The position numbers and the translations under genes are program-made. This document shows positions 51,838 through 61,323 of a stretch of 64,000 bases of DNA, piece after piece. Numbering within the stretch: the first letter of the stretch is position 1; each line of letters opens with the position of its first letter. The notes beneath the pieces were generated by a model. The model saw only the letters and a list, made by a program, of their open reading frames with translations. It ran no database searches and was not told the DNA's origin. Origin of the DNA: an uncultured Rivularia sp. (GTDB lineage Bacteria; Cyanobacteriota; Cyanobacteriia; Cyanobacteriales; Nostocaceae); contig OY762007.1 of NCBI GenBank assembly GCA_963665115.1, positions 5,056,001 through 5,120,000 of the forward strand, written 5' to 3'.

Positions 51838-54800
51838 TTACATTGGTTTTTCTTCGGGCATCATGCACTTGTCAGAATCGCATCCCGATGGCCCCGCTTC
51901 CATTAATTCTCCGAAATCATAACGTTTCAATGCATTATGAAAATCGCTGGTATCGCGGCGGTTTTCTACTTGTTCCATTAACTCATCGTATTCCTGTTTG
52001 CTGATGGGTTCAAATGGTAAACGAGGAAAGGTTTGATGGTCGTCAAATCTTGCCAAAAGTGCGGCGCTGATGTAGCCTTCATCATTTTGAATTGCTTGGT
52101 ATATGCGATTTCCTAACTCTTCAACTTCGTTTTCTCGTACTTCAATAGTCGCTGAAGTATTATGAGTCACGTAGAATTGCTGCACCTGCATATAAAAATC
52201 CATTTGCGCTAAAGCATTAAATTGATCGATGGCAATTTGATCGGCACCAGGTACATCTGCCCAAGGTACGGCAACGGGAATTTCAACTAACCATTCGGTA
52301 CAGCGAGAATCGAACGGATCGTTTAACAAGTTGCCGTTTTCGTCTTTATCAGTTTGAGAAGGAACCACCGCATAACCGTAATCAATACAAGCCAAAGCTA
52401 CCGGATCGTTTTTGCGGAAAGTTATCCGACGAATAAACCTTTGAGCTTTGGGTGGATGCCATCCTGGAGAAGCACCAGTCAGTAAAGATTTAGTACCGCT
52501 TGGTTGCACCGTAGTACAGCGATTTGGACGCTTGATATTATGGCGATCGCAATATTCCCAAACTACCCGATGTACGATATCTTTCCACCTACTTAGATAT
52601 TCTTGTTCGCGGCGTTTAAAGGCTAAACCTTGCTTGGTTTCAGGTCTTCCTTCCGTCCACCAGTGCAACCAATCAACCCCAAAAGCATGAACGAAAAAGT
52701 CGAATAAGCCAGTAAAAGATACACCCACAATCGGATCTAACTCGCGGCTGTATTGGTAACGAGGTTCCAAGAATTTATGATTCAACAACGCAGCTACAGA
52801 TAAAGCACCAGCAGTGAAAGCTTGTTCTTGTTCTTGATAATTTTCGGGGTCAATTTGATTTAAGTGGATTTCACTAAGGTTACAGTGAAAATTACTACCC
52901 AAAATTTCTCCGCAGTTGTGAGTTATACAACCGTTCGCAATAAAAGAATGAGTTAAGGGAACATGAAGGTCGTAAACAGGCTCTTCTCCATATTCTTCAA
53001 CATTATTAACCTGAGCGGTAAACCTGGAATTAATAGTTAGGGCTGTGTAGTTTGGTAGAGGTTTAGCATTCCATTCTTCTAATCTTTGTTCTTTAAGTGG
53101 TGATAGCGGAAAACCAATCATTTGATGAAATAGTTTGTAGCTCAAAGACTGAACACAAAGAGAATAAGAACCATTATCCGCACTAACTTTTTGAACACCA
53201 TCAGCAGTGGTGTAAACAACTCCTCTATAACCTTTCCTTCTGCCGCAACGAAGCGTACTTAGTATTCCCAGTTGAAGTAAAATGAGTTGGATTTGTTGTA
53301 ATAAATCTTTAGATTTATTCACTAACTTAATACGACGGCAGTCTTTTTCGACGGTACCATCAGCACTAAAAAGACCTTGAATAAATCCAATCAAAACTTC
53401 CTTTGATTGATTTAGAAAGTTAACTGGGAGTATGTCTTTGCTTTCAATTTCTAAGTCGCTAAAAAATTTCTCTAGTAAAGGAGATTGAGTTCTAAACTCA
53501 TATACTCCTTTGTGAAGCTTTCTAGCATATTCAACACCAGTAATAGATTTGATGGCTTTACCCACTACAGGATAAGCATAATCATATTCTTGTTGATTGA
53601 AAACAAAACCTTTTGCAAAATGAGATTCTTTTCTACCATGTTTGTGTGGTTTGATAATAACATTATAGCCATCTCCATACCACCAACCAAGCATTTGTGC
53701 TTGCTCAACTGTGATAGTACCTTCACCAAAAAATCCTTCTCCTTTCTGAATATAAATATTATGTTCAGAAGTCAAATGCGAGGTTGCGACCCATCCTTTA
53801 TTCGTAAAGTGCTGATGGTCAGCAGTACATCTCATTTGCTGTCCATTTTTTAGTGTGACAATATATGTAGTTTGTACACCTGTAGAAAATGCTATTGCAT
53901 CAGTTAACTTAACCCCATCTAATCCTATGGAACGTAAATCAACTAAAGCTTTAAATGGCTTACCAACTAAATCTTTAATTGCTACTAATCCTCTGTTGGT
54001 AGATACTAATGTGTCACCTGAATGACACGGGTTTAAACCAAACCTATTCAAGCGATGCTCAATTTCATTTTGATCGAGATAAGAATATTTTTTCTTTAAC
54101 CAATCAGCGCCCTTACCTTGTTGATAAGCCTGTAAAAAATCAGTTTTCAATTCCTTGGTTGTTAACAAATCAAGGTTTGCTCTAGCAACAGCTTCACCAG
54201 CCCATTGAATTGCACCTTCACCACTGTAATATTGCTTGCGAACGGCATTAACACATTCTTCTAAAGTAGGTTTTTGGTGAAATACCCTGGTATGATTCGA
54301 CATTCTCAGCGCATCTCTTTCGGGATCGATCCGCCAATTCCCATCTTCACCTTGCTGCCATAAATTAGCTTTTGCGTCTGCAAATGCAGTGTCTTCGCTG
54401 ACACCTTGCCTCATCCCGGCCGATCGACGGATATTTCCGGCCACAATTGTTACAGCCGCTTCATCAATCAACAAACAGCATTCCACCGAAGTTAATTTTC
54501 TGCCAACAGCTTTATTAAGAATTGCAGCACAGCGATGATAAAGTTCGGGTAACTTCACCGGATTCGCCATACCACCGAAACCTTGCAACGGTTCGCCAGC
54601 TTTACGAATATCACTGATATCAACAGTTACTTCGACTTCTTGACTCAAACGTTCGTCAGTAGATAATTCTAAAAGACTTTTATAGGACTGTACCCAACCT
54701 TGACGGCTATCTCCAACATAAATAGTCGCTCGATTACCTTCAATTTTAGTTTCTGTAAATTCACGGCGCTCGTTAGCTATAGTTTTACCAATATCGCCTT

Positions 54801-55251
54801 CTACTGTCACCTTTAAACCATTGCGGATACTAGGTAACTGATTAATATATTTGGGTTCTAAAATTGCTCCCGTACCGCAGCCCATCATCGCCAAATCCAT
54901 CATTAACCCGAAAGCACTCCAGTCAATGACGTTTGTCGAAGTACAGTTATAAGCACCCGAAAAATTCTTCGGCTGAGTCAGCCAATTTGTACCACCCACC
55001 CACAACCATCTTCCACTCGGTAAAGCCTTGAGATTGCGCTGCATTCCTTCCAAAAGTACAGCTTCATCTTGAGTAAGCTTACCTAACTCAACCAAACCTT
55101 TTAGAGTGCGATCGCAAACCTGACTCCAGGATTCTCTCGTCCCTTCCGACTGTTGACGACGGCTGTAAGTCCTGAAAAATACAGGATTTGCAGCAGGGGC
55201 TGTTTGAGGAAAGTCTGCACCTTGGTGTTTCCGTTCAAGCTCTCGAACCAT
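51838..55251 (-). CDS. nrdJ: Adenosylcobalamin-dependent ribonucleotide reductase (class II) containing an intein
   Basis: PSGRWLW, AYNCTS, VAGNIRRSA, GLNP/[intein]/CGEI, TTVQPSGTKS, C-terminal GCDSDKC. Confidence 0.95.
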   Translation of the reverse strand: MVRELERKHQGADFPQTAPAANPVFFRTYSRRQQSEGTRESWSQVCDRTLKGLVELGKLTQDEAVLLEGMQRNLKALPSGRWLWVGGTNWLTQPKNFSGAYNCTSTNVIDWSAFGLMMDLAMMGCGTGAILEPKYINQLPSIRNGLKVTVEGDIGKTIANERREFTETKIEGNRATIYVGDSRQGWVQSYKSLLELSTDERLSQEVEVTVDISDIRKAGEPLQGFGGMANPVKLPELYHRCAAILNKAVGRKLTSVECCLLIDEAAVTIVAGNIRRSAGMRQGVSEDTAFADAKANLWQQGEDGNWRIDPERDALRMSNHTRVFHQKPTLEECVNAVRKQYYSGEGAIQWAGEAVARANLDLLTTKELKTDFLQAYQQGKGADWLKKKYSYLDQNEIEHRLNRFGLNPCHSGDTLVSTNRGLVAIKDLVGKPFKALVDLRSIGLDGVKLTDAIAFSTGVQTTYIVTLKNGQQMRCTADHQHFTNKGWVATSHLTSEHNIYIQKGEGFFGEGTITVEQAQMLGWWYGDGYNVIIKPHKHGRKESHFAKGFVFNQQEYDYAYPVVGKAIKSITGVEYARKLHKGVYEFRTQSPLLEKFFSDLEIESKDILPVNFLNQSKEVLIGFIQGLFSADGTVEKDCRRIKLVNKSKDLLQQIQLILLQLGILSTLRCGRRKGYRGVVYTTADGVQKVSADNGSYSLCVQSLSYKLFHQMIGFPLSPLKEQRLEEWNAKPLPNYTALTINSRFTAQVNNVEEYGEEPVYDLHVPLTHSFIANGCITHNCGEILGSNFHCNLSEIHLNQIDPENYQEQEQAFTAGALSVAALLNHKFLEPRYQYSRELDPIVGVSFTGLFDFFVHAFGVDWLHWWTEGRPETKQGLAFKRREQEYLSRWKDIVHRVVWEYCDRHNIKRPNRCTTVQPSGTKSLLTGASPGWHPPKAQRFIRRITFRKNDPVALACIDYGYAVVPSQTDKDENGNLLNDPFDSRCTEWLVEIPVAVPWADVPGADQIAIDQFNALAQMDFYMQVQQFYVTHNTSATIEVRENEVEELGNRIYQAIQNDEGYISAALLARFDDHQTFPRLPFEPISKQEYDELMEQVENRRDTSDFHNALKRYDFGELMEAGPSGCDSDKCMMPEEKPM
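52915..54027 (-). mobile_element. Intein (371 aa) with LAGLIDADG homing endonuclease
   Basis: Block A CHSGDTLV, block B CTADHQH, C LGWWYGDG, E FIQGLFSADG, F/G VYDLHV...FIANGCITHN followed by Cys+1. Confidence 0.95.
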
Positions 55252-55556
55252 ATTTTTATCGTGTCTTTTTTTCGATCAGATTAAGACTATACGTCAAGTA
55301 GCATTACAATAAAAGACTGCATAATTTTGAAAATTTCGCCACAAGAATCAGTGAGCAGCGAACAGTTAAGAGTGAGGAATTAGGAGTTAGGAATTAATAA
55401 TTAAGACTTATAAGTTATTTTTGGTTTCTAAACGTCTAATAAAAGTCAATATTTAGAGGATTTTAATTTTTAGTTGTTTTCGTCAATCGCAATCCAAAAT
55501 CCCTGCACAAAAACATCCGTTGTTAAAATCCAAAATCTAGAATCTAAAATCCTAAG

Positions 55557-56135
55557 ATGTCTATTGCTCCTTGGCGTTCATTTCTAGCTAGCGCTCTCAA
55601 AAAGAATCGCGCTCATCCACATTCCCGCTACTTCCAACTAGCAACTGTCCGCAGTGATGGAACTCCTGCCAATCGTACCGTGGTTTTTCGCGGCTTTATA
55701 GAAGATACCAATCAATTAAAAATTATTACCGATACTCGCAGCGAAAAAATTACAGAAATTGAGAATCAGTCACGGGGAGAAATTTGCTGGTATTTCACTA
55801 ATAGCCGCGAACAATTCCGCATTGCTGGAAACATGATAATAATTGATGCCAACCATCAAAATTCTGAATTATTGAAAGCTCGCGAATCAACATGGCAAGA
55901 CTTATCAGATAACGCTCGTATCCAATTTGCCTGGGCGCATCCGGGAGAACCCAGAGCAAACCCCGAAGCATTTTCACCACCGCAGCCAGATGCAAATAAA
56001 CCCTTGGATAACTTTTGTTTGCTGCTATTTGAACCCATAAAAGTTGATTATTTGCGATTGAGAGGAGAGCCGCAAAATCGGACTATTTATGTAAAAGATG
56101 AAACGGGGTGGGATGTGAAAGAGGTTAATCCGTGA
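55557..56135 (+). CDS. FMN-dependent PNPOx-like flavoprotein
   Basis: YFQLATV...PANRTVVFRGF, TDTRSEK, CWYF..SREQFRI, VDYLRLRGEPQNR. Confidence 0.88.
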   Translation: MSIAPWRSFLASALKKNRAHPHSRYFQLATVRSDGTPANRTVVFRGFIEDTNQLKIITDTRSEKITEIENQSRGEICWYFTNSREQFRIAGNMIIIDANHQNSELLKARESTWQDLSDNARIQFAWAHPGEPRANPEAFSPPQPDANKPLDNFCLLLFEPIKVDYLRLRGEPQNRTIYVKDETGWDVKEVNP

Positions 56136-56341
56136 TGATAATCGAAATCGCCCTCACCCTCGAAGGGTGGGGCTACAGCAACAAAGCCCGTCTGCACGGG
56201 CTATTTCGTTTTTTACCAGTAAATGTTGTAGAGACGTAGCAGTGCTACGTCTCCATATTTAGCGGATGGGACGCAATATTTGAGTAGAGGACAATTTTAG
56301 TAGAGGAGAGATTAATTTGTTGCTACCTAGTTAAATTCTAT

Positions 56342-56555
56342 GCGAGCAAGATGTGAAAGTAGCTCGCGAGCAAGATGTGAAAATACCTAGCAAGTAATAT
56401 GTGAAAATACTTAGCAAGTAATATGTGAAAATAGCTAGCAAGTAATATGTGAAAATACTTAGCAAGTAATATGTGAAAATACTTAGCAAGTAATATGTGA
56501 AAATACTTAGCGAGCAAGATGTGAAAATAGCTAGCGAGCAAGATGCTCGCACTAC
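56342..56555. repeat. Tandem array of eight 24-bp units ending in a GCGAGCAAGATGCTCGCACTAC palindromic repeat
   Basis: Unit consensus GC(A/G)AG(T/C)AA(T/G)ATGTGAAAATA(CT/GC)TA; no unique spacers. Confidence 0.9.
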
Positions 56556-56570
56556 AAATAGTTGAAAAAT

Positions 56571-56759
56571 TTATTCATCTTCTTCAGACAGTGGTGCATT
56601 AATATCAAACTCAACATCAGCAACCAAGGATTTAACTCGGTTGAGTAAATCAGAACTGATTGGTTTGATATTTTGAGGATTCTTGCTCATATCTTGAACT
56701 AAGAAATCTAGAAACTTTTCAACCGTTGAATTTTCTTCTTGATTTTGAAAGTAAGACAT
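56571..56759 (-). CDS. Short PrlF-like protein (C-terminal half of antitoxin only)
   Basis: KFLDFLVQDMSKNPQNIKPISSDL...APLSEEDE is paralogous to the C-terminus of 57727..58059; has its own ATG. Confidence 0.7.
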   Translation of the reverse strand: MSYFQNQEENSTVEKFLDFLVQDMSKNPQNIKPISSDLLNRVKSLVADVEFDINAPLSEEDE

Positions 56760-56934
56760 ATTGAACTTACATATTGCACTACTTTAAAAACCGCCTTGGA
56801 ATCAATTCCCAGGCTAATAGTCAAAGTCTACTTAAGTAGACTGAAATATTTGTTCAATCGTCATATTAGCCTTGGAACTGATTCCCCGGCGATTGTAAAG
56901 CCTAATTAAAAACGATGCAAGATGTTAAATTGAA

Positions 56935-57160
56935 TTAACCATGCCAAGCTTTATAAAAATCTTGATAGTTCATATTTTGGGCACAATTCCAGATGAATTG
57001 ATAAACTTCATCGTAACGATATGAACAATTTTTATAAAACTTTTTGCTGAGATATCCTTTCAAAGCTGTAATAATTTTAGGAAAGCAAGCGTATTTATTA
57101 ATTGAATTGACGTTTCTTATATGGGACGTAAAGGACATATTTGTAAGATATTACAGTTGC
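56935..57160 (-). pseudogene. Internally deleted duplicate of the HEAT-repeat gene (upstream region fused to last ~57 codons)
   Basis: ~56944-57115 is nearly identical to ~58180-58351; TGGGACGTAAAGGACA at ~57122 matches ~60109. Confidence 0.85.
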
Positions 57161-57222
57161 AAGAGAGAGGGGAAGACAAGGAGATAAGCAGAAAAATAAC
57201 TAATTAGTAACTGTCAAACCTC

Positions 57223-57724
57223 CTAATCATCTAAAAATTCATTAAACTTTTCTAAACGATTAGATGCAGCTTTTGCTTCTTCAAAAAGGGTATCCCAGTC
57301 ATCTGGGGGATGCTCGTTACCAAGCATCTTTCTAAAGACTCGGTAAGCATCTGTTTTACTACCATAAGCTCGTTTGGAGTCTTCATCATTTACCCAAGCA
57401 AATATAATAATTTTACTTGCTTGGTGGTAACGAAAGAATAATCGGTATTGTTGAAAAAATTTGGCTCTAAACCAGTGCTTATATTCTTCACCTAAAGTGA
57501 CTCCTTGACGATACTCATGACGAGTTGGGGTCTTGAGGAATAATTTCAAATACGAGTTTCTTTATAGCGGTTAAACGCTTAGTTGCATTCTTTTTTTGAT
57601 AATTTTGAGGATTTCTCTGAAGCAGAATTTCCACTTGTGTCAAAAGCTCTTCACATTCATCTAAAAAAAGGGGATGTAAAAAAATGCTCCATCCATTAAT
57701 TATTAACGGCTGATTATCTGACAA
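57223..57724 (-). CDS. yhaV: YhaV-family RelE-like toxin (extra G in run at 57527-57530)
   Basis: INGWSIFLHPLF, KKNATKRL, YRQGVTLGEEYKHWFRAKFFQQYRLFFRY, AWVNDE..KRAYGSKTDAY, PPDDW. Confidence 0.9.
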
Positions 57725-57726
57725 AT

Positions 57727-58059
57727 TTATTCATCCTCTTCAGATAATGGTGCATCAAGGTCTACTTCTATACCCTCAGTCAGAAATTTAATTCGATTAA
57801 ATAAATCAGAAGTAATTGGTTTAATATTTTGAGGATTTTTGCTCATATCTTGAGCTAAGAAATTTAGAAACTTTCCAACTACGGGATCTTCTTCTTCAAA
57901 TTCTGCACGAGAGATTGTTACTTTACCGTTAGGCTCAATAGTGTAGTGAATCTTGTCCCGCTTGTTCAAGCGTAATGCTTTTCTTACATTTTCAGGAACT
58001 GTGGTTTGATATCTGTCAGTAAGAGTCGATTCTGCTTGTAAATTAAATCCTTCAGCCAT
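57727..58059 (-). CDS. prlF: PrlF (SohA) antitoxin, AbrB-type
   Basis: ESTLTDRYQTTVPENVRKAL...DKIHY; DPVVGKFLNFLAQD; EVDLDAPL; immediately upstream of yhaV. Confidence 0.9.
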   Translation of the reverse strand: MAEGFNLQAESTLTDRYQTTVPENVRKALRLNKRDKIHYTIEPNGKVTISRAEFEEEDPVVGKFLNFLAQDMSKNPQNIKPITSDLFNRIKFLTEGIEVDLDAPLSEEDE

Positions 58060-58094
58060 AAGTTTTTATGTACTTATAAATTGATTGCATTTCC

Positions 58095-58123
58095 AAGGTA
58101 ATGCAATTGCATTGTCTTGTCAA
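58095..58123 (-). promoter_or_regulatory. prlF-yhaV promoter with palindromic operator
   Basis: Minus strand TTGACA-17 bp-TACCTT; perfect palindrome AATGCAATTGCATT (58100-58113) spans the spacer. Confidence 0.65.
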
Positions 58124-58170
58124 TAACAGGATTTTTGGTATAGTGAAAAAATCTTTAAATTAAAACTAAA

Positions 58171-60087
58171 CTAATTATTCCAAGCTTTATAAAAATCTTG
58201 ATAGTTCATATTTTGGGCACAATTCCAGATGAATTGATAAACGTCATCGTAACGATATGAACAATTTTGATAAAACTTTTTGCTAAGATATCCTTTCAAA
58301 GCTGTAATAATTTTAGGAAAGCAAGCGTATTTATTAATTGAATTGACGTTTTGCATTACATAATCAAATAAATCTTCATCAAACTCATCATCTTCAGTTT
58401 TACAATCATTGAATAAAAAATTTTTATCCTTTTCGATTGCATTTAATAAGCTTTTAAATTCTAGACTAATTGATTCATTAATTAAAAGTCTTGCTGTTTT
58501 ATCTTCTTTCGCTATTTTATCCAAGTACATTTCAGGCAATAAACGCTCGTATTGAAATAATATGCTTAGTTTTTTTAAGCAATCTAATTCAATCAAAGTA
58601 TTTATTGCTATTTGATAATGGCTTTCAAATTGTAGTAAGATAGCCGCAGCATTTTCACATTTATAAACCTGCATAAATTCAACAAGAATCGAAATCGCTA
58701 GTTCATTATCTGGCTCTAATCGCAAAATAGCTTCAGCCAAATCAACATCAAATATCTTGCCTTTTTGTGACTGTAAAATTTTTACCAAAGCAGCTATACT
58801 TTCTTGATAGATTACTAAATCTATATTTGGATCGAGAAGCATCTTGCTAATAGCATAAATTGCTAAGCGTGAATCTCTTAGACAACGTATCTCTAATAAA
58901 TAACCATCATTTACATTTGAACTTTTTTCTATAAAGGAAATGAAGCTCAGAATAACTTCTCTATCGCCCGGATATAATGTTACCAAAGATGTTATTATTC
59001 GAGGATAAAAATATAGTTCGTTGTCACTGAAGACTCCTATATTATCCAAATCATCTAAAAAATAATTTTCCGAAGTCTCTAAAAGTTGAATTAAAGTTTC
59101 CTTAACTCCAGGTTGATTACAATCAAACTTCCCCAAACTAGCAGCAATTTCAGCACGAAGAACATCGTCTTTACAACTTTTCAATCTTTCCGATAAAACT
59201 TTGATAGCTGCTTGATTTCGAGAGTCTATTTCTTGTAGGAATTCTACAGCTTTAACTAAAAGATACATTTCCTGAGTACTTTCAAGAATATAAACCAAAG
59301 CATCCTTCGCGACTTCATTACCGCTATCTAGCAACAACAAAGCTTTCGCAGCATCAACACAAATTCTGTCACCTCGATTTATCTGCAAAAACTTCTCTAA
59401 AGCCAGAATTGCTATTTGATTCCCACAGCCAATTTTCCCCAAAGTCTTAATCGCTTCACAACAGAGGTTTTTATCCTCCGTCGTTTCCATCAATTTAATA
59501 ACGGTGGTTATCGCTGTTTGATTCCCAGCACCAATTTTTCCAATACTCCGACAAATACTTGAACGTTTGTAATTATCTGTTGTCACATCCAGCAGTAAAA
59601 TTAAAGCAGCGATCGCCATCTTATTCCCTACATCCAATTTTCCCAATTTCACCGCAGCAGCTTGCAAAGTTAACCGACTCGGAGTATTACGCAGCAACAA
59701 TTCAAAAGCTTTGATAACTCTTGTTTTGTCGGTGACTTGTAAAGCATTTCTTGCAGCTTCTACCAACGGTTGAGGAAAAAGCTGCCAGCCAAAATATAGA
59801 TAGCTCCAATCAAGCAACTGTTTAACAATTGCATCGCCACTGCTACATTCAGGAAAATAACTTAAAGCTTCTGCGGCTAAGAAATAAGCACGATATCGAT
59901 AAAAACCACCGCAATTGTCATCAAAATTAACAAGCGCCCGAATCAAAGCTTCTTTCTGCTGTTTAGGAATATCTTCTCGACTAAACCAATACAGAATTTC
60001 AGCTTTAAAATCGGACGCAAAAATGCGGTAATTACCTTGCTCGGGATTATTTAGTTCGTGGTTAAAGTAATATTGATAATCATTCAT
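58171..60087 (-). CDS. HEAT/PBS-lyase repeat protein resembling the post-NACHT part of cyanobacterial NACHT-HEAT proteins
   Basis: Repeats such as AAVKLGKLDVGNKMAIAAL, SIGKIGAGNQTAI, TLGKIGCGNQIAI; terminal IWNCAQNMNYQDFYKAW; no P-loop seen. Confidence 0.75.
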   Translation of the reverse strand: MNDYQYYFNHELNNPEQGNYRIFASDFKAEILYWFSREDIPKQQKEALIRALVNFDDNCGGFYRYRAYFLAAEALSYFPECSSGDAIVKQLLDWSYLYFGWQLFPQPLVEAARNALQVTDKTRVIKAFELLLRNTPSRLTLQAAAVKLGKLDVGNKMAIAALILLLDVTTDNYKRSSICRSIGKIGAGNQTAITTVIKLMETTEDKNLCCEAIKTLGKIGCGNQIAILALEKFLQINRGDRICVDAAKALLLLDSGNEVAKDALVYILESTQEMYLLVKAVEFLQEIDSRNQAAIKVLSERLKSCKDDVLRAEIAASLGKFDCNQPGVKETLIQLLETSENYFLDDLDNIGVFSDNELYFYPRIITSLVTLYPGDREVILSFISFIEKSSNVNDGYLLEIRCLRDSRLAIYAISKMLLDPNIDLVIYQESIAALVKILQSQKGKIFDVDLAEAILRLEPDNELAISILVEFMQVYKCENAAAILLQFESHYQIAINTLIELDCLKKLSILFQYERLLPEMYLDKIAKEDKTARLLINESISLEFKSLLNAIEKDKNFLFNDCKTEDDEFDEDLFDYVMQNVNSINKYACFPKIITALKGYLSKKFYQNCSYRYDDVYQFIWNCAQNMNYQDFYKAWNN

Positions 60088-60238
60088 TTCCCCCTACCCA
60101 TCTTCATGTGGGACGTAAAGGACACTTATGAAAAGCATATCACAATTAGAAGAGGTGAGGAGAGGGGTAGATGGGGTAGAAAATTCTTCACAACTCACAA
60201 CTTACTACTTTTAACTACTAACTCTTAACTCCTAATTC

Positions 60239-61030
60239 TTAGATTCCCGAGCCATCCAAAAATTCGTCTATTGCCTTATCTTCTAAACGACATTGAGTAT
60301 GATTTTCCCTCAAATGTGCTTCACTTAAAACGTGAGATTCAAGAAGATTATTTTCTCTAAAAGCTACATTTGCAATAGTCTTTGAAACGTTGTGCTGCTT
60401 TTCTTGTAAATGTTCAATTTGCTGCTCTAGCTGCTCAATTCTATCTACTAAAGCGCGTATTGCTTGGGCTTCAGCATCTGGCAAACGACCGTGTTCTAGC
60501 GGGTCAACTTTTACACCAGAACGATAGACAATTCTACCGGGAACGCCTACTACAGTGCAATCTGAAGGTACATCTCGCAACACAACTGAACCCGCGCCGA
60601 TACGCACGTTGTTACCGATTTGGAGATTTCCCAATACTTTCGCACCCGCACCAACAACTACGCATTCTCCTAAAGTTGGGTGACGTTTACCAGTTTCTTT
60701 ACCAGTACCACCCAAAGTGACACCTTGGTAAATCAGTGCATTATCTCCGATAATTGCCGTTTCACCAATCACTACACCCATTCCGTGATCGATAAATACA
60801 CCCTTGCCAATAGTTGCTCCAGGGTGAATTTCAACTCCAGTCAAAAAGCGTGCTAAGTGAGAAGTTAAACGAGGAAGAAAAGGTATTCCGACGTTACGCA
60901 TCCATCGAGCTATTCTATGCAGTAGCAAAGCTTGCAAACCAGGGTAGCAGAATAATACTTCTAACCAGTTACGAGCCGCTGGATCGCGTTCAAATATAAT
61001 ACGAAAGTCAGCAATAAATGTTGATAACAC
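60239..61030 (-). CDS. cysE: Serine O-acetyltransferase
   Basis: [40 protein letters not shown]. Confidence 0.97.
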   Translation of the reverse strand: MLSTFIADFRIIFERDPAARNWLEVLFCYPGLQALLLHRIARWMRNVGIPFLPRLTSHLARFLTGVEIHPGATIGKGVFIDHGMGVVIGETAIIGDNALIYQGVTLGGTGKETGKRHPTLGECVVVGAGAKVLGNLQIGNNVRIGAGSVVLRDVPSDCTVVGVPGRIVYRSGVKVDPLEHGRLPDAEAQAIRALVDRIEQLEQQIEHLQEKQHNVSKTIANVAFRENNLLESHVLSEAHLRENHTQCRLEDKAIDEFLDGSGI

Positions 61031-61323
61031 GAGTTCGCACCCTCGGAGAGCCTTTACACCAAATACAGTCTATATTACCGTCCTATGGGGACAATGAGAG
61101 ATGGGAAAATGAGGGGATGGGGAGATGGTAAGCCACTGCGTTGCCGGGGGTTCCCCCCGTTGTAGCAAGTGGCGCAACCCGTAGGGGGGGAGACAAGGGG
61201 ACAAGGAGAATTTTAAATTTTTGACTCCTAGTTCCTAACTCCTAACTCTTACCAATGCCCAATCCCCAATTCCCATTTCCCATTCCCAATTCCATTGTAA
61301 TTCATTAGTACGGAAATTTAGAA

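Noticed and set aside
51463..52004. ORFs 51463..51777, 51605..51922 and 51792..52004; also 20590..20808
   Set aside because: They overlap nested dispersed repeats or real genes on the opposite strand and show no protein motifs
56342..56555. Possible CRISPR array; ORFs 56331..56552 and 56338..56541
   Set aside because: Units are contiguous with no unique spacers and there are no cas genes; the ORFs are translations of a 24-bp repeat
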